64,000 nucleotides of DNA from the human T2T-CHM13v2.0 reference genome, Homo sapiens, in the NCBI RefSeq assembly GCF_009914755.1, contig NC_060925.1. One strand, given 5' to 3'. The position numbers and the translations under genes are program-made. The notes beneath the pieces were generated by a model that saw only the letters and a list, made by a program, of their open reading frames with translations, searched no databases and was not told where the DNA came from. Shown here piece after piece: positions 25,041-37,095 of the stretch (position 1 is the first letter of the stretch; every line of letters begins with the position of its first letter).

Positions 25041-28000
25041 AAAGGAAGTTCTTCAGGCAGAAAGTAAGTAACCATAACTTACTATTCACACGAAAAAAAC
25101 AAAGGTCAACAGTAAAGTATAGGTAATTATGAAATTATAATAGTATAAATGTATACTGTCAGACTAGATAAAAAGCAAGATGCAACTATGTTCTGTCTTT
25201 AGGAGACACACTTTAAATTCAATGACACAAATATGTTGAAAGTAAAAGATGGAAAATGACATATCATGCAAATAGCAGCAGCATGAAAGCTGCAGTGCCC
25301 ATACTAATATCAGAACAACAAACTTTTAAAGAAACAAAAAAATTTACTAGAAATAAAGAGGAACATTTTATCATCATAAAGGCTCAATCTACCAGGAAAA
25401 TATAACAATTATAAACATATATGTGCCTAACAACAAGGCCCAAAATACAAACAAATTTGAAAGGAAACAAATCTTTAAACAATACTAATTAAAGACTTCA
25501 ATACTCCACATTAAACAGTGGATAGAACAACTAGGCAGAAGACCAAAAAGGAAACAGAAGACTTGAATAACAACTATAAATCAACAAGACCTAACAGACA
25601 TCCATATAACACTCTAAAAGAGCAAAATACACATTCTTCTCAACTCTATATGGAATCTTCTCTAGGATATATTGTATGCTAGATGAAAAAACAACTTCTA
25701 CTAACTTAAAAATATTAAATCATACAAAATAGTTCTCCCTCTTCAATGGAATAGAATTAGATATCAATAACAGAAAGAAATTTGGAAAATTCAAAAACAA
25801 TATGATGAATACTGTAAACATTATGCTAAGTGAAAGATGTCAACTACAAATATGACATATTGTTGATACCATTTATATAAAATGTCCAGAATAAGCAAAT
25901 CTATAGAGATAAAAAGTATATTAGTGGTTGCTCAGGCTGGCGGATTAGGGAGAAATGAGATGGCTACTATAAAAAGGATAAGTGATTTCTTTTTGGGTGA
26001 AGAAACCTGATTATGGTTATATTGGCACAACTCTGAATACACTAAAAAATACTTTGAATTCTATAATTTACATTGGTTAATTGTTGATTTGTGAACTGTA
26101 TATCAATAAAGCTGTTACCAAAGTAAAACCCTATTAAATTCTACATTCAGTCGATTTAGCCATATACTTTATTCACTGTAATACCACTAAAACTTCCTTT
26201 ATTAGCTCAATATAAATGTAACAAGATTATTTTTAGTAACTCCTAAATATTACAGAAATCATATTTCTTCAGTCTCTCAAGTTAGACATCTGTGTCTTTT
26301 TGAAGAAAAATATACAATAAAGCTTTAATTTTAAGTGGTGTATTCCTTATGATGAAATAATACTAACAGGACCTATTTTACAAAGCCAGTATTAGAAGAT
26401 TCAAGTAATCTCATGCTTATAGAAAAAAAGTGAAAACATTTTCTTATTCCAGAATATAATGTTTGCTTATCTATTCAGTTTTCAACCATTACTAATCTCA
26501 TCCATTAATTCAAATTGAGAAATAAAAAGACACATTTTTTTAAAGTAGTTATTCTAACATTTAAAGCAAACCAGCCAGGTAACATGCAAGAAAGATGGCT
26601 GCATTTATTTTAGTTTTTATTTCCATAATCCATATTGTGATAAATGATCATGTTTATCTATGTCAGCATAGCAATATAACTTTTGAGAATAAACATTCTG
26701 AATGTAATTTATTGGCTACTTATCACAGCTACTTTTCTTTCACATAGCATAAGTAGAAAGCATAACATAACATGAAATATTGGGTTAACCTTTTGCAAAA
26801 AGGCAGTGAGTTGAATTCAATGGATCTTGGGTAAAAATAAATTGGATTGTGCAAAATGGTTACCAAGGATTTGGCTTAATAATATCCCAAATGAAATGTG
26901 ATATAAAATAAAAATACAAGACATGAGTGGTTCAGAGCTGTTAAAAATAATTTTCCAAAGCAAGACTTTAAAAAACTAAAAGTCAATATCATCAATAACT
27001 AAGCAGCTGACAGATAATACAGGAGAGTTCTAAATTGCATTTTTCCTAAGAAATGGCCAAAGGCACGTTCCAACAGGTCACAGAGTCCCCTCTCTGGATG
27101 AATTGAGCACTTTAAGAAGCCCATTAACCCTTTCAGATACAGGGTACATTACTTATACAGGGAGATTTTTCTCTCATCAAAGAATTTGACTTGTTTGGCT
27201 TTACCAAACATTTTCAGTAACACAATAAAGATACACTGGTTATTCCAGACGCAGAAAAACAAAATTAGAAAAAATTTAATTGTACTAATTTTACCTAGTT
27301 TAAGAAATGATGGAATATTATCCAGGGCCAAGTATAAATGAAATCAAATAAGAGTTATATATTGTCACCGTTTGGTCTGTTAACACTATTCTGTGAAGCA
27401 GTGGAATGCGGAAACATACAAACTAGAATTATACATCTAAAGAGAGTTTTTCTGTATTACCATTGAGGGCAAAAAAGAGAAGCCTGTATTGATTACAATC
27501 ACAGGCCCTCATGTCACAAACAAAATCACTAAATCTTAGGCCTAAAACATTGGAGCTTCAGTATTATTCAAGAGCTTGAATTCCAATTGCAGGAAGCTAC
27601 TTGACCAACATGTCCTCTTTCTTAACATGTGGTATTGTTTTATATCACAATAGTAATTATCCAAACATAGTGTACCATTAAGCTTCCTTTACCCTTTGCA
27701 TTCGAACTTATAAACAAATTTTTCCTATTCAATACTGGTAATTACTTGCTATAATTCTGAGCCATTAAAATGATACACATGTTGCTGACATTTTGTACTT
27801 ACATGCTTAAGATGATAAACTAAGTTTTGTCTTATTTAAATTATGCTTACATTTTTCTTTAATGGCTTATTCTGAGTTCTCTATAAGTTATCTCCTACTT
27901 TCCAATGCATCAAGTAAACAAATAATAATAATAATAAACATGTTTTTCCCATTTCTTTCATAATTGGACAGAAATACTTTGATTTCAATATAACATTGTG

Positions 28001-28699
28001 CTGCGGTGCCAATTTTTTATCAATAAATATTCTCAGCTAACAGAAAAACAGAAATATCTATTGATTAATGCTTTTGACGAGTATTTGTTGCCTTATCCAG
28101 GTAACAATCTAACTAAGGCTGGTCAGTGGAGAACTAAATTTTTCAGTTTATTTGCTTAACAGTCTCTTGTTTAAAAGCCCCAGTCTCAGCCAGTTATCCC
28201 ACGCTTCTCCATGTCTCTCATTAGTCATAGTGTAGAGTGATTTAATTAATATCTCAGAAATTCACAAAGGTATCTTTGGTTCTTGAATAAGCTCAGAACT
28301 GATACGGCCCATCTCCTGCTAGGTAGGGAACAGAAGAGGAGAGAATGCAGCTTTATTTTGCATCCTAGGTTCACACTTGAGATACAATCAACCTTAGAGT
28401 CTGAAAATTTCAGAAACCCATGGTAATCAGTCCTGGTCAAAGACTTACATTTACCTAATAATTTTTTAAATGTACTTCCATTCTTTGCCCAGACACAGGT
28501 TTCTAAGCCCCTAGGTTGTTCTACTTTTCCAAGTAACTTATCATACTTTTTTTCCCATTTTACTAGCTCTGTACAAAGGCCAATTTTCCCTTTATGCACA
28601 GTGGGTAACTCACTGCAGTTGATTAAAAATTTATGAAGGAAAGAATCTCTGATAGTCCTAAATCTTACAACTTTCATTTTGTTAAGTATTCACTAAGCA

Positions 28700-28910
28700 A
28701 TATGCATAGTGTTTGAGATTAAATTTGGGTTTCTATCTTAGCTCTACTATTCTTGTTGGTTATTTAAACTCTCAAGCTCTCTACTCCTTCAACTGTAAAA
28801 TGGTGATTAGTAATAGTACTTACCCCATAGGGTTGTTGTGATGATTAAATAAGATAATGCAAAAGATGTTTAGAGTGGTGCATGCAGTAAGTGCTTACCA
28901 CATGTTATCT
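28700..28910 (+). mobile_element. MIR SINE
   Basis: ctgtaaaatggtgattagtaatagtacttaccccatagggttgttgtgatgattaaataagataatgc. Confidence 0.85.
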
Positions 28911-29259
28911 ATGTATGTAATAGAACTAGGTTTTAGCCACTATTAACCCAATGTATACTCATATTCCTATATTGTCAATTCTGAATGTATACATGGGAAT
29001 CATATTTTTAAGTACAGGAATATAGAAAAAGGATGAAGACAACAGGTGAGAAAATATCTATAAATAAGGTAGTACAAAAAATAGAGATGTATCTCAGAGG
29101 AAACCAAATCACTGACTGAGTCATGGGTCTCTGAACTTATCATTGCCCTAAGCCCTGCAATTTCAAAGGCAGACTGCCTGAAAATACAATATGCTTTTTG
29201 CAAATTAATATGGCAGTGTGGAAGGGTCATGAAATTCAAAAACAGATTTTAATATCCAT

Positions 29260-29262
<3 letters not shown>

Positions 29263-29305
<43 letters not shown>
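29263..29305. repeat. Perfect (AT)21A microsatellite
   Basis: Direct read; 43 nt uninterrupted. Confidence 0.98.
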
Positions 29306-29306
<1 letters not shown>

Positions 29307-29850
29307 CAATGGAGATATCATTTTATAATCCATAGAACTGTATATAACTCATGGGTCTTTGGTCCCAACATGTTTAGGTAAATTTACATTACATTTCCTT
29401 CCCAGGAAGGGCATGTCAGATGAAAAATGATGAATTTGTAAAACATCAAAAAATGTTATCAACTGAAAATAAATGAATCCCTTCAGAATGCTCATCATAT
29501 CGCCTGGAATATTTGATTCATTTCTACTGAGCATATAGTTAACACAAATAGTTTACACATTTTAAAATATCATGTCTATTATGTCACTCTCACACTCAAC
29601 AAGGTAAGGTGAGCCAGAGGAAGCTCTTTGTCTGTCTTTGCAAGGCCCAGTGTGTGACTCTCCTTCACTTCTAAAATACACACCACACAACAGGTGCCTA
29701 AATGATCTCTATGTGAAAAAAAAAGTCTTTTTATTGTCTTTCAGAAAAGATTGACAATTCAAACACAAGAATAATAACATCTGATATTAACCTCACAATT
29801 CTTAATACAGAACAGAGCATGCCAAAGGTAGTGACTAATTCTGACATAGA

Positions 29851-30240
29851 CAATTTAGTCTGTTCAGGCTTTTATAACAGAATTCCATAAGCTGGGTGGC
29901 TTAAACAACAGATCTTTATTTCTCACAGTTAGAGAGGCTGGAAAGTCTAAGATCAAGGTGCCTGACAATTTGGTTCCAGGTAAGAATCCTTTTCCCTCTT
30001 CTGACTCACTCACAGCCACCTTTTTGCAGTGTGATCATGTTGCAGAGAGAGAGGATGAGAATGAGAGAAAGCTCTCTGTAGTCTTTTCTTATAAGAAGCA
30101 CTAATCCCACTATGAGGGTCCCACCCTCATGACCTCATCTACCCCTAGCTACCTTCTAAAGGCTCCATCTTCAAATACCACACATTGGAAGTTAAGTCTT
30201 CAACATATGAATTTTGAGGGGACATAAACAGTTCATAACA
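29851..30240 (-). mobile_element. MaLR solo LTR (MLT1A-like)
   Basis: gggtggcttaaacaacag...tttatttctcacagtt...aagatcaaggtgcc...cagttcataaca. Confidence 0.88.
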
Positions 30241-32370
30241 GACAAGGAAAGGATTCCACCACCTGTGGAAGTATGCAAATACTATTAATATTGGGCATCA
30301 ACTTAAAGTCACCTTTAGCCTAAGAGTTCAAATGGTACCATGTTGACTGTACCATTTTATTTTATCAAGAAGAAACTACAGAATAACCAAAGGAGATATT
30401 TTAAAGTATTGCTTAATTTAAGAAAAGAAAAGAAAACAATATTACCAAATAATGTAACACTAGCTATTAATTATATATCTTTATTCTTTAAACAATTTAA
30501 ACAGCAAAACATTAATAACATATATACTTTATATATACTGTTTGTATATTTTTATTATAGGAATTGAGAAATAAAGTGTCAAATGCAAACACTTATAAAG
30601 AGATATCAAAAATATATAAAATGGGATAACCTATACTGTACTTTATTTTAAAATTTCATTACTTTAATTATAAACTATTTTCAATTTAATATAATGTGGC
30701 AAAGCATCCATATATTACATATTTAAATTAAAACCAGTATGTAGAAAATGTGTAACTATGAAAATACACGTTGGAATATCTTGCATTTGCAAAAAGTTGA
30801 ACATATGTATAAATTTATACAAAATCCCAAGACAGAATTATGTGAAAAGAAAGTTGATAGGGATTATTACGTTACCAAAAAAATTCACCAGTTCATTGGG
30901 TAAGAAAATCTATATTTTAGCATTTATACTTTTTTTCATTCAAAACAAATTAGTCAATTTACCTCAAAACTTGCTTTACAGAAATTGCCTGGCTCCTATG
31001 TAAAATTGGCCTTAGAGGGCCTTTTTCAAGTAGTATGAAAAGTATTATGATTTACCTTTAATCTAGTACCTTTTGTGTATAAAATACTCTCATTTACAAA
31101 AGACACTGCTCACAAGACCAAGGGTTATTTTAGTTCAAAAGAGGCTAAGTGTATACCAGCATGCTAAAATTATTTAATACCAGTCAACAAATAGAGATGC
31201 TGGAAAACAGGACTTCAAGGGAAAGATGAAAGCAGGACCTGGGCTAACTGAGTTTAAATGTTTTACAAATTAAGTAAATAGAGGAAGTAGCATGATTTTC
31301 AGGTTCACAAAACTGTAATAAATCATAGCGTGACTAGTTGCCCTTCATCTATATGGTTAACAGCTAAAAGGAAATATATATATGGGCTGGCAAGTGACTT
31401 ATGTTAAAAATAAGAACTGATATGATAAAAATGAGTTTTCATTTCTGGATTTTATTAATTGAAGGATTATCATATCTATTTTTTGAGAAGGATCAGAGTA
31501 GAGCAAGGAGCTGAGGAGTTGGGGAATTGGGTGAGTTGAGGAGTTGGACTATTTAAAATCATGAAATTTATGAATTTAAAGTTCATGCATACAATTACTA
31601 TTTAAGCTACTTTTATTTCCTTAATAAGTAATATTTTGTATTCTTAATTAATACACTTTGTTTCAATGCCTAGAGAGAATGCTTTCCATTTAAACAGTAG
31701 TATTAGCTGTATATGCAGTATGGAGTCACATCAAGATATCCCAATTTTTTTACCAAAAACAACCTAGGAATTCCAATTTAAGAGAACAAATATCTCACTT
31801 AAAATAATTTAAGTTTATACCTAAAGCAAGATATAAAAATATAACGCCCAATCTTACACTGTAATTACATACTATTTGACCTAATCTAGCTTCTTTCCAG
31901 GGATTAATAAAATTAACTTGGCATCTTTTTTGGGTCCCTAGGATTTAGTATATTAGAGTTGGAATGGACTCTTAGAGATTAACATTTGATTTCACGTCCT
32001 ATTTAGAAATCCTGTTCCAAACACTCATTGAACTATATCAATCAAATTAATCAAAAATGACATAGTGTTAGTCTCTTATATAAAGCTCACATAAATGGAT
32101 AAGAAAACAGGAAAATATTATCAGATAAGCTGGAAAAGGGCATGAACAGATCACAGAAGAATGCATACATATCTCCAATTTAAAGTGAAAAAGAGAAACA
32201 TTCAGCTACCCACTGAGTCTTCACTTTCCTACCACTACTGCAAATGCTCTTGTCAAGTCTCACCGATGATGTGCATGTTACCCAACATTCTTTGTGCATT
32301 GTTAGGTTTTACTTCTCCCCGTCTCACATTTAAGTGACTTTATTTTTTTCTTCATAGGTAAAGTATTACT

Positions 32371-34435
32371 TTTTTACAATAGCTTTATTGAGATATAATT
32401 CACTTACACATGATTCACCTATTTTAAGTATATAATTCATGAATTTTAGTATACCTACAAAGCTGTGCAACCATCACCATAGTCAATTTTAAAACATTTC
32501 ATCAAACATATCCCTGCCAAAAACATGTACCCATTATCAGTCACTTCCAGTTTTCCCCAAACCTCCAGATTTAAGCACCATTAATCTACTTTCTAACTCT
32601 TTGGATTTGTCTGTTTTGGACATGTCATATAAATGGAATCATACAATATGTTGTTTTTTTGTAAATGGTTTCTTTCACTTAGCATAATGTCTTCAAAGAT
32701 TATTCATATAGCATTTTACTTGTATATGTGTTATAAACCCCATACTTTACTGTTTAATTTAAATGACCAATTCTCTTAATGAGGTTTAAATAGTAAGTAA
32801 AAATCATATATCTACCTATGTAGTTACCATTTTTGCAATTATGTAATCCTTGGTGCAAACCCCTATTTTTACCTACTATTGTTTCCTTTTGCCTGAAGGA
32901 TGTGATTTCCTTTAATATTTCTTGTAATGCGGGTCTGCTGCTTATAAATGTTTGCAACTTTTGTATGCCTGAAAAAGTCTCTACTTTGCCCTGGTTTTTG
33001 AACTCTAATTTCACTGGATAATAGAATTCTACACTGAAAGTTTTTGTTCCCTGATACTTTAAATGTCTTCTCACTTGCATTATTTCCAACAATAAATCTG
33101 CTATTGCTTTATCTTTGTTCTTCTGTATCCAGTACACCTGTTTTTTTCCTCTAGCCGCTCTGAAGATAAACTCTTTATCACTAGTTTTGACCAATTTGAT
33201 TATGATGTGCCTCGGCGTTGTTTTCTTTATATTTCTTCTGCTTAGGTTTCACTGGGCTTCTTGGATTTACAAATTCATTTTTACAAATATTTTCTTCTTC
33301 TCTCCTCCCACTGCTTCACTCTCATCTCTGGGGAAATTCCATTTACATGTATATGAGGCCACTCGAAGTTGTTCCACAGCTCACTGATAGTCTTTTCATT
33401 TTTTTCTCTCTCTGTGTTTCATTTTAGAGTTTTTATTGCTATGTCCTCAAGTTAACTATCTTTTCTTCTGCAGTGTCTAATCTGTCTTCAATATTATCCA
33501 GTGTGTTTTTCATCTCCTTACAGTTGCCATCTTTAGAAGTTCAATTTGGGTCTCCTATCTATTTTGCACACCTCTACTTCATTTTTTGAACATATAGAAT
33601 ACAGTTATAATGACAGTTTTAATGTTCTTCTCTGCTAATTTAACATCTGTGTCGGCTTTGGATTTGTCTCAATACATTAATTTTTATCCTCATTATGGGT
33701 GGTATTTTCCTGCATCCTTTCATGCCTAGTTATTTTTAATTGGATGATAGACATTGTGAATTTTACCATATTGGGTACATGATATTTTCGCATTCCTATA
33801 AATGTTTTTGAGTTTTGTTCTAGGACATAATTGAATTATTTGAAAATGATTTGATCCTCTCAGGTCTTGGTTTTAAGCTTTGTGAGGAGGGAATCAAGCA
33901 GCATTTGCTCTGGGGCTAATTATTTCCCACTACTGAGGCAAAAAACTTCTGAATACCCAATGTCGTATGAATCATGAAGTTTTCCAGTCTGGCTGGTGGG
34001 AGGAGGCATTATTCCCAGACCCATGTGAGTGCTAGTTCCGTCGGACTGTTCTTTACGCAGCCATGGGTCATTTTCCCACATGCGTATACTAATCATTACT
34101 CTGTGGAGTACTCAAGGGGAACCCTCTGCTGATCTGCAGGTTTCTCTCTGAGCAGCTCTAGCCTCTCTGTTGTTCTGTTCTACAAACTCTAGCTTCCTTG
34201 GTCTCCCTAGACTTTCAGCTCTGTCTCTCCAATTGAAGGATTCCACCAGGCTTTGTGTGGTTTCCCCCTTCTGATCTGCAGCCTATAAACTCTCTCAAGA
34301 GGATAAACTAGAAAAATATTAGGGTTTCCTTCATTTGTTTATGTTTCTCAGGGAACACTGTATTTCATTGCTTGATAGCCAGTATCTTAAAAATAATTGT
34401 TTCATATATTTTGTTTCTTTTTTATTGTTTCAGGT
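32371..34435 (-). mobile_element. Ancient L1M: 3'UTR (32371-~32720) abutting ORF1 and 5' region
   Basis: gctttattgagatataattcac is an L1M 3' end. ORF 32754-33194 (KTSDKEFIFRAARGKK...YPVKLEFKNQGKVETFS...SRPALQEILKE) is the L1 ORF1p C-terminal half. Confidence 0.88.
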
Positions 34436-34442
34436 GGAAATG

Positions 34443-35409
34443 TGTACAGGAAAGAACCTGATAGGCCTGAGTTGCTCAAATCCTGAGCAATATGGTTTGA
34501 CTGTGTCCCCAACCAAACCCACCTTGAACTGTAATAATCCCCATGTCACACGGGTGGGGCTAGGTGAAGGTAACTGAATCATCAGGGAGGTTTCCCCACA
34601 CTGTTTTCATGGTAGTGAATACGTCTCATGAGATCTGATGGTTTTCTACATGGTGGTTCCTCTGCATAAGCTTTCTTGCCTGCCACCATGTAAGATGTGC
34701 CTTTGCTCCTCCTTTGCCTTCCAACATGATTGTGAAGCCACCCCAGCCATGTGGAACTCTGAATCCATCAAACCTCTTTCCTTTATAAATTATCCAGTTT
34801 CAGGTATGTCTTAATCAGCAGCGTGAGAACAGACTAATACACTAAGCATTCCCAAGAAAGGCTTGTTTTCAGAAGAAGTGGCCCTCAGCTCACTCCTAGG
34901 AACCAAGCTGTGACTATTCTGTCAGACAAGAGTGTTTTGTTTTGTTTTTTTTTTTAATGCCAAAGGCCTTGGGCCACGTTGTAACAGTTGGCTAGTTTAC
35001 ATTAACAGTGTGATTAATGATGAGTATCTGCTTTTTCTCTGGTGGTCTGAACCTTGAATAACTGAAGTCAGTCACACAGCACTATATGTATACATGACTA
35101 ACACGCAATTAAAAACCCTGGATACTAAGGTTTGGGTGAGCTTCCCTTATTGGCAACTCTTCACATGTTGTCACACATCATTTGCTGGAAGAATTAAATG
35201 TGTGCCATGTAACTCCATTGGGAGAGGACAACTGAAAGCTTGTGGGTGACTTCCTCTGAACTTTGACAAATGCGCCTTTTCCCTTTGTTTCTTTTAATTT
35301 ATTCTTTCACCATAATAAACTATAACCATGAATACAACAACTTCTATATCCTGAGGGTATTTATAGTAAATCAATTGTGCCTGGAGGTGGTCTTGGAACC
35401 CCCAATACA
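34443..35409 (+). mobile_element. ERVL solo LTR (MER77/MER21/MER68 group), split by THE1
   Basis: tgtacaggaaagaacctg...ggcctgag start; aaaaccctggatactaagg...gtgagcttccc; end ggtcttggaacccccaataca. Confidence 0.78.
34488..34841 (+). mobile_element. THE1 solo LTR nested in the older LTR
   Basis: atatggtttgactgtgtcccc...cagcagcgtgagaacagactaataca; TSD CTGAG/CTAAG. Confidence 0.92.
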
Positions 35410-35770
35410 AAATGTACATCTATTCCCTAGTGTCCCACCTTGAGTGTATGCAGAATTCCAGTAAGAGTATCATACTCTAGTGGCCACTCCTTCACATGGC
35501 TTAATTTTATAGAGCACCTGGACAAACAATACAGAAAAATTTTCAAAATGGCAATACGTAATTTCTTTACTCACTTTTATATAGGAATCTTAGGTACATG
35601 TATTAGAGATTGATACGTGGTCATGGGACCATGGGCTTTAAAGTAGAAAAAGTTAACTTATCACAGATACTCCTGAATAAATCAGCTGCATCAGAATATC
35701 TCAGATTTCCCTACACATCTATCAATTATACATGGATAGGCCTTGGGAATCAATCAGTTTAACAAATGTC

Positions 35771-36200
35771 TGTGGCAGACTTTGCAGCTCTCCTGCCTCA
35801 GTATGCACTCCATCCTTCCTTCTTAGTAGCAAACCCCTATTACATTTTGGGAGCCATAGTTCTCAGCTACAGACTATAATTCCCAGGCTTTGACAAGCCA
35901 TTCAGCTAAGTACCAGGAAATAATATGCATTTAGAAGTGTGTATCTTTTAAGGAGTCTCATTAAAGGGAGAGGTATACCTTGTTTTTCCTGTTCTTCTCT
36001 GCTTTTGGAGCTCTAGCTGCTAACTTCAACAGAGAGGTGAACTTGAGGATATCAGAATGGAAAGACAGAAACCTGTTGACAACAAAAAGGTGCTATACGC
36101 ACTCTAGTATCTATCTCTGGACTTCTTTTACATGAGGAATAAATAAAGTTCTGTCTTCTTTAAGCCGCTTTTAGCAATTTTTCCCATGTTATACCCCAAC
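35771..36200 (+). mobile_element. Old MaLR LTR (MLT1I/J/K-like), apparently inserted into a MER5 relic (~35660-36260)
   Basis: tgtggcagac...tctggacttcttttacatgaggaataaataaa...tttaagcc. MER5-like halves gctgcatcagaat... and ccaaggtgattctg...ggactg flank it. Confidence 0.6.
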
Positions 36201-36904
36201 ACCTGGTTTTTACAGTGCCCAAGGTGATTCTGGTGGTCAACTAGGTATGGGAAGGACTGATAGTCCAATCAACAAGGCAAAATATTCAAAACCAGGGTGC
36301 ATGGAAACTTCAAAATAAAAGCATTTGGCTTATGTACTTAAAAGATAAGTGGGAAATCACATCAGCTTAAGTATTTTTCTTGAAATCCATCAAATGTCAA
36401 AAATCCTAAACCAAAACTTACTCATTTCAAAGAATGATCAATGGAAATTTTATTGTGCCAGCACAAAAAAAGTAATTCATTTTCATCTCCATTCATTGAC
36501 TGCTAATAGGTTTCTCCATTTTAACTGACATAATTTTTTTACAATATAGCATAATGATGTGAATAAAATATATCCAATGCTCCTTTGCAAACTGTTTTTT
36601 GAAAATCTCCCATGCACACAACTCCCTCCCCAAAATCCACACTTCCAACCAGTCTGTTAAATCCCTCCCTCCTATCAAGCCGCAGTAGATAACACATTTC
36701 TGTGCTCCCAAGATACACCATGCAAAACACCCTATCTCTATTAATATTCTAACTTGATTTCTGGATGTGTTCTCAGTCTAATATATACTTCAACAATAAG
36801 ACAGTTTAGCAACTTTTTATCAAAATTTTATAATGTCTTTTATTCGAAAAAAATTATATTAAAAAATGATATAAGAACATTTTTTAATGTTCTTATATCA
36901 GATG

Positions 36905-37095
36905 ACTATTTGGTAATACCTGATGTTGAATGAGAGCTTACAGTATGCCAGGCACCCCTTCAAGTGTTTTTCAAGTACAGATGAGAAAACTAAATCACAA
37001 GGAGATTGAGTAACTTCCCCAGGAAGTAACAGAGATTCTTAACCCACATATTTTGGCTTCAGATTATGGACTGTTATTCACTACTCTGTACTTCT
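36905..37095 (-). mobile_element. MIR SINE
   Basis: tacagatgagaaaactaaatcacaaggagattgagtaacttcccc. Confidence 0.75.

Noticed and set aside
27797-28037. Possible minus-strand cryptic exon (acceptor ~28036, donor GTAAGT at 27802)
   Set aside because: Such site pairs are common by chance in a 37-kb AT-rich intron, the enclosed sequence is very AT-rich, and there is no supporting evidence.
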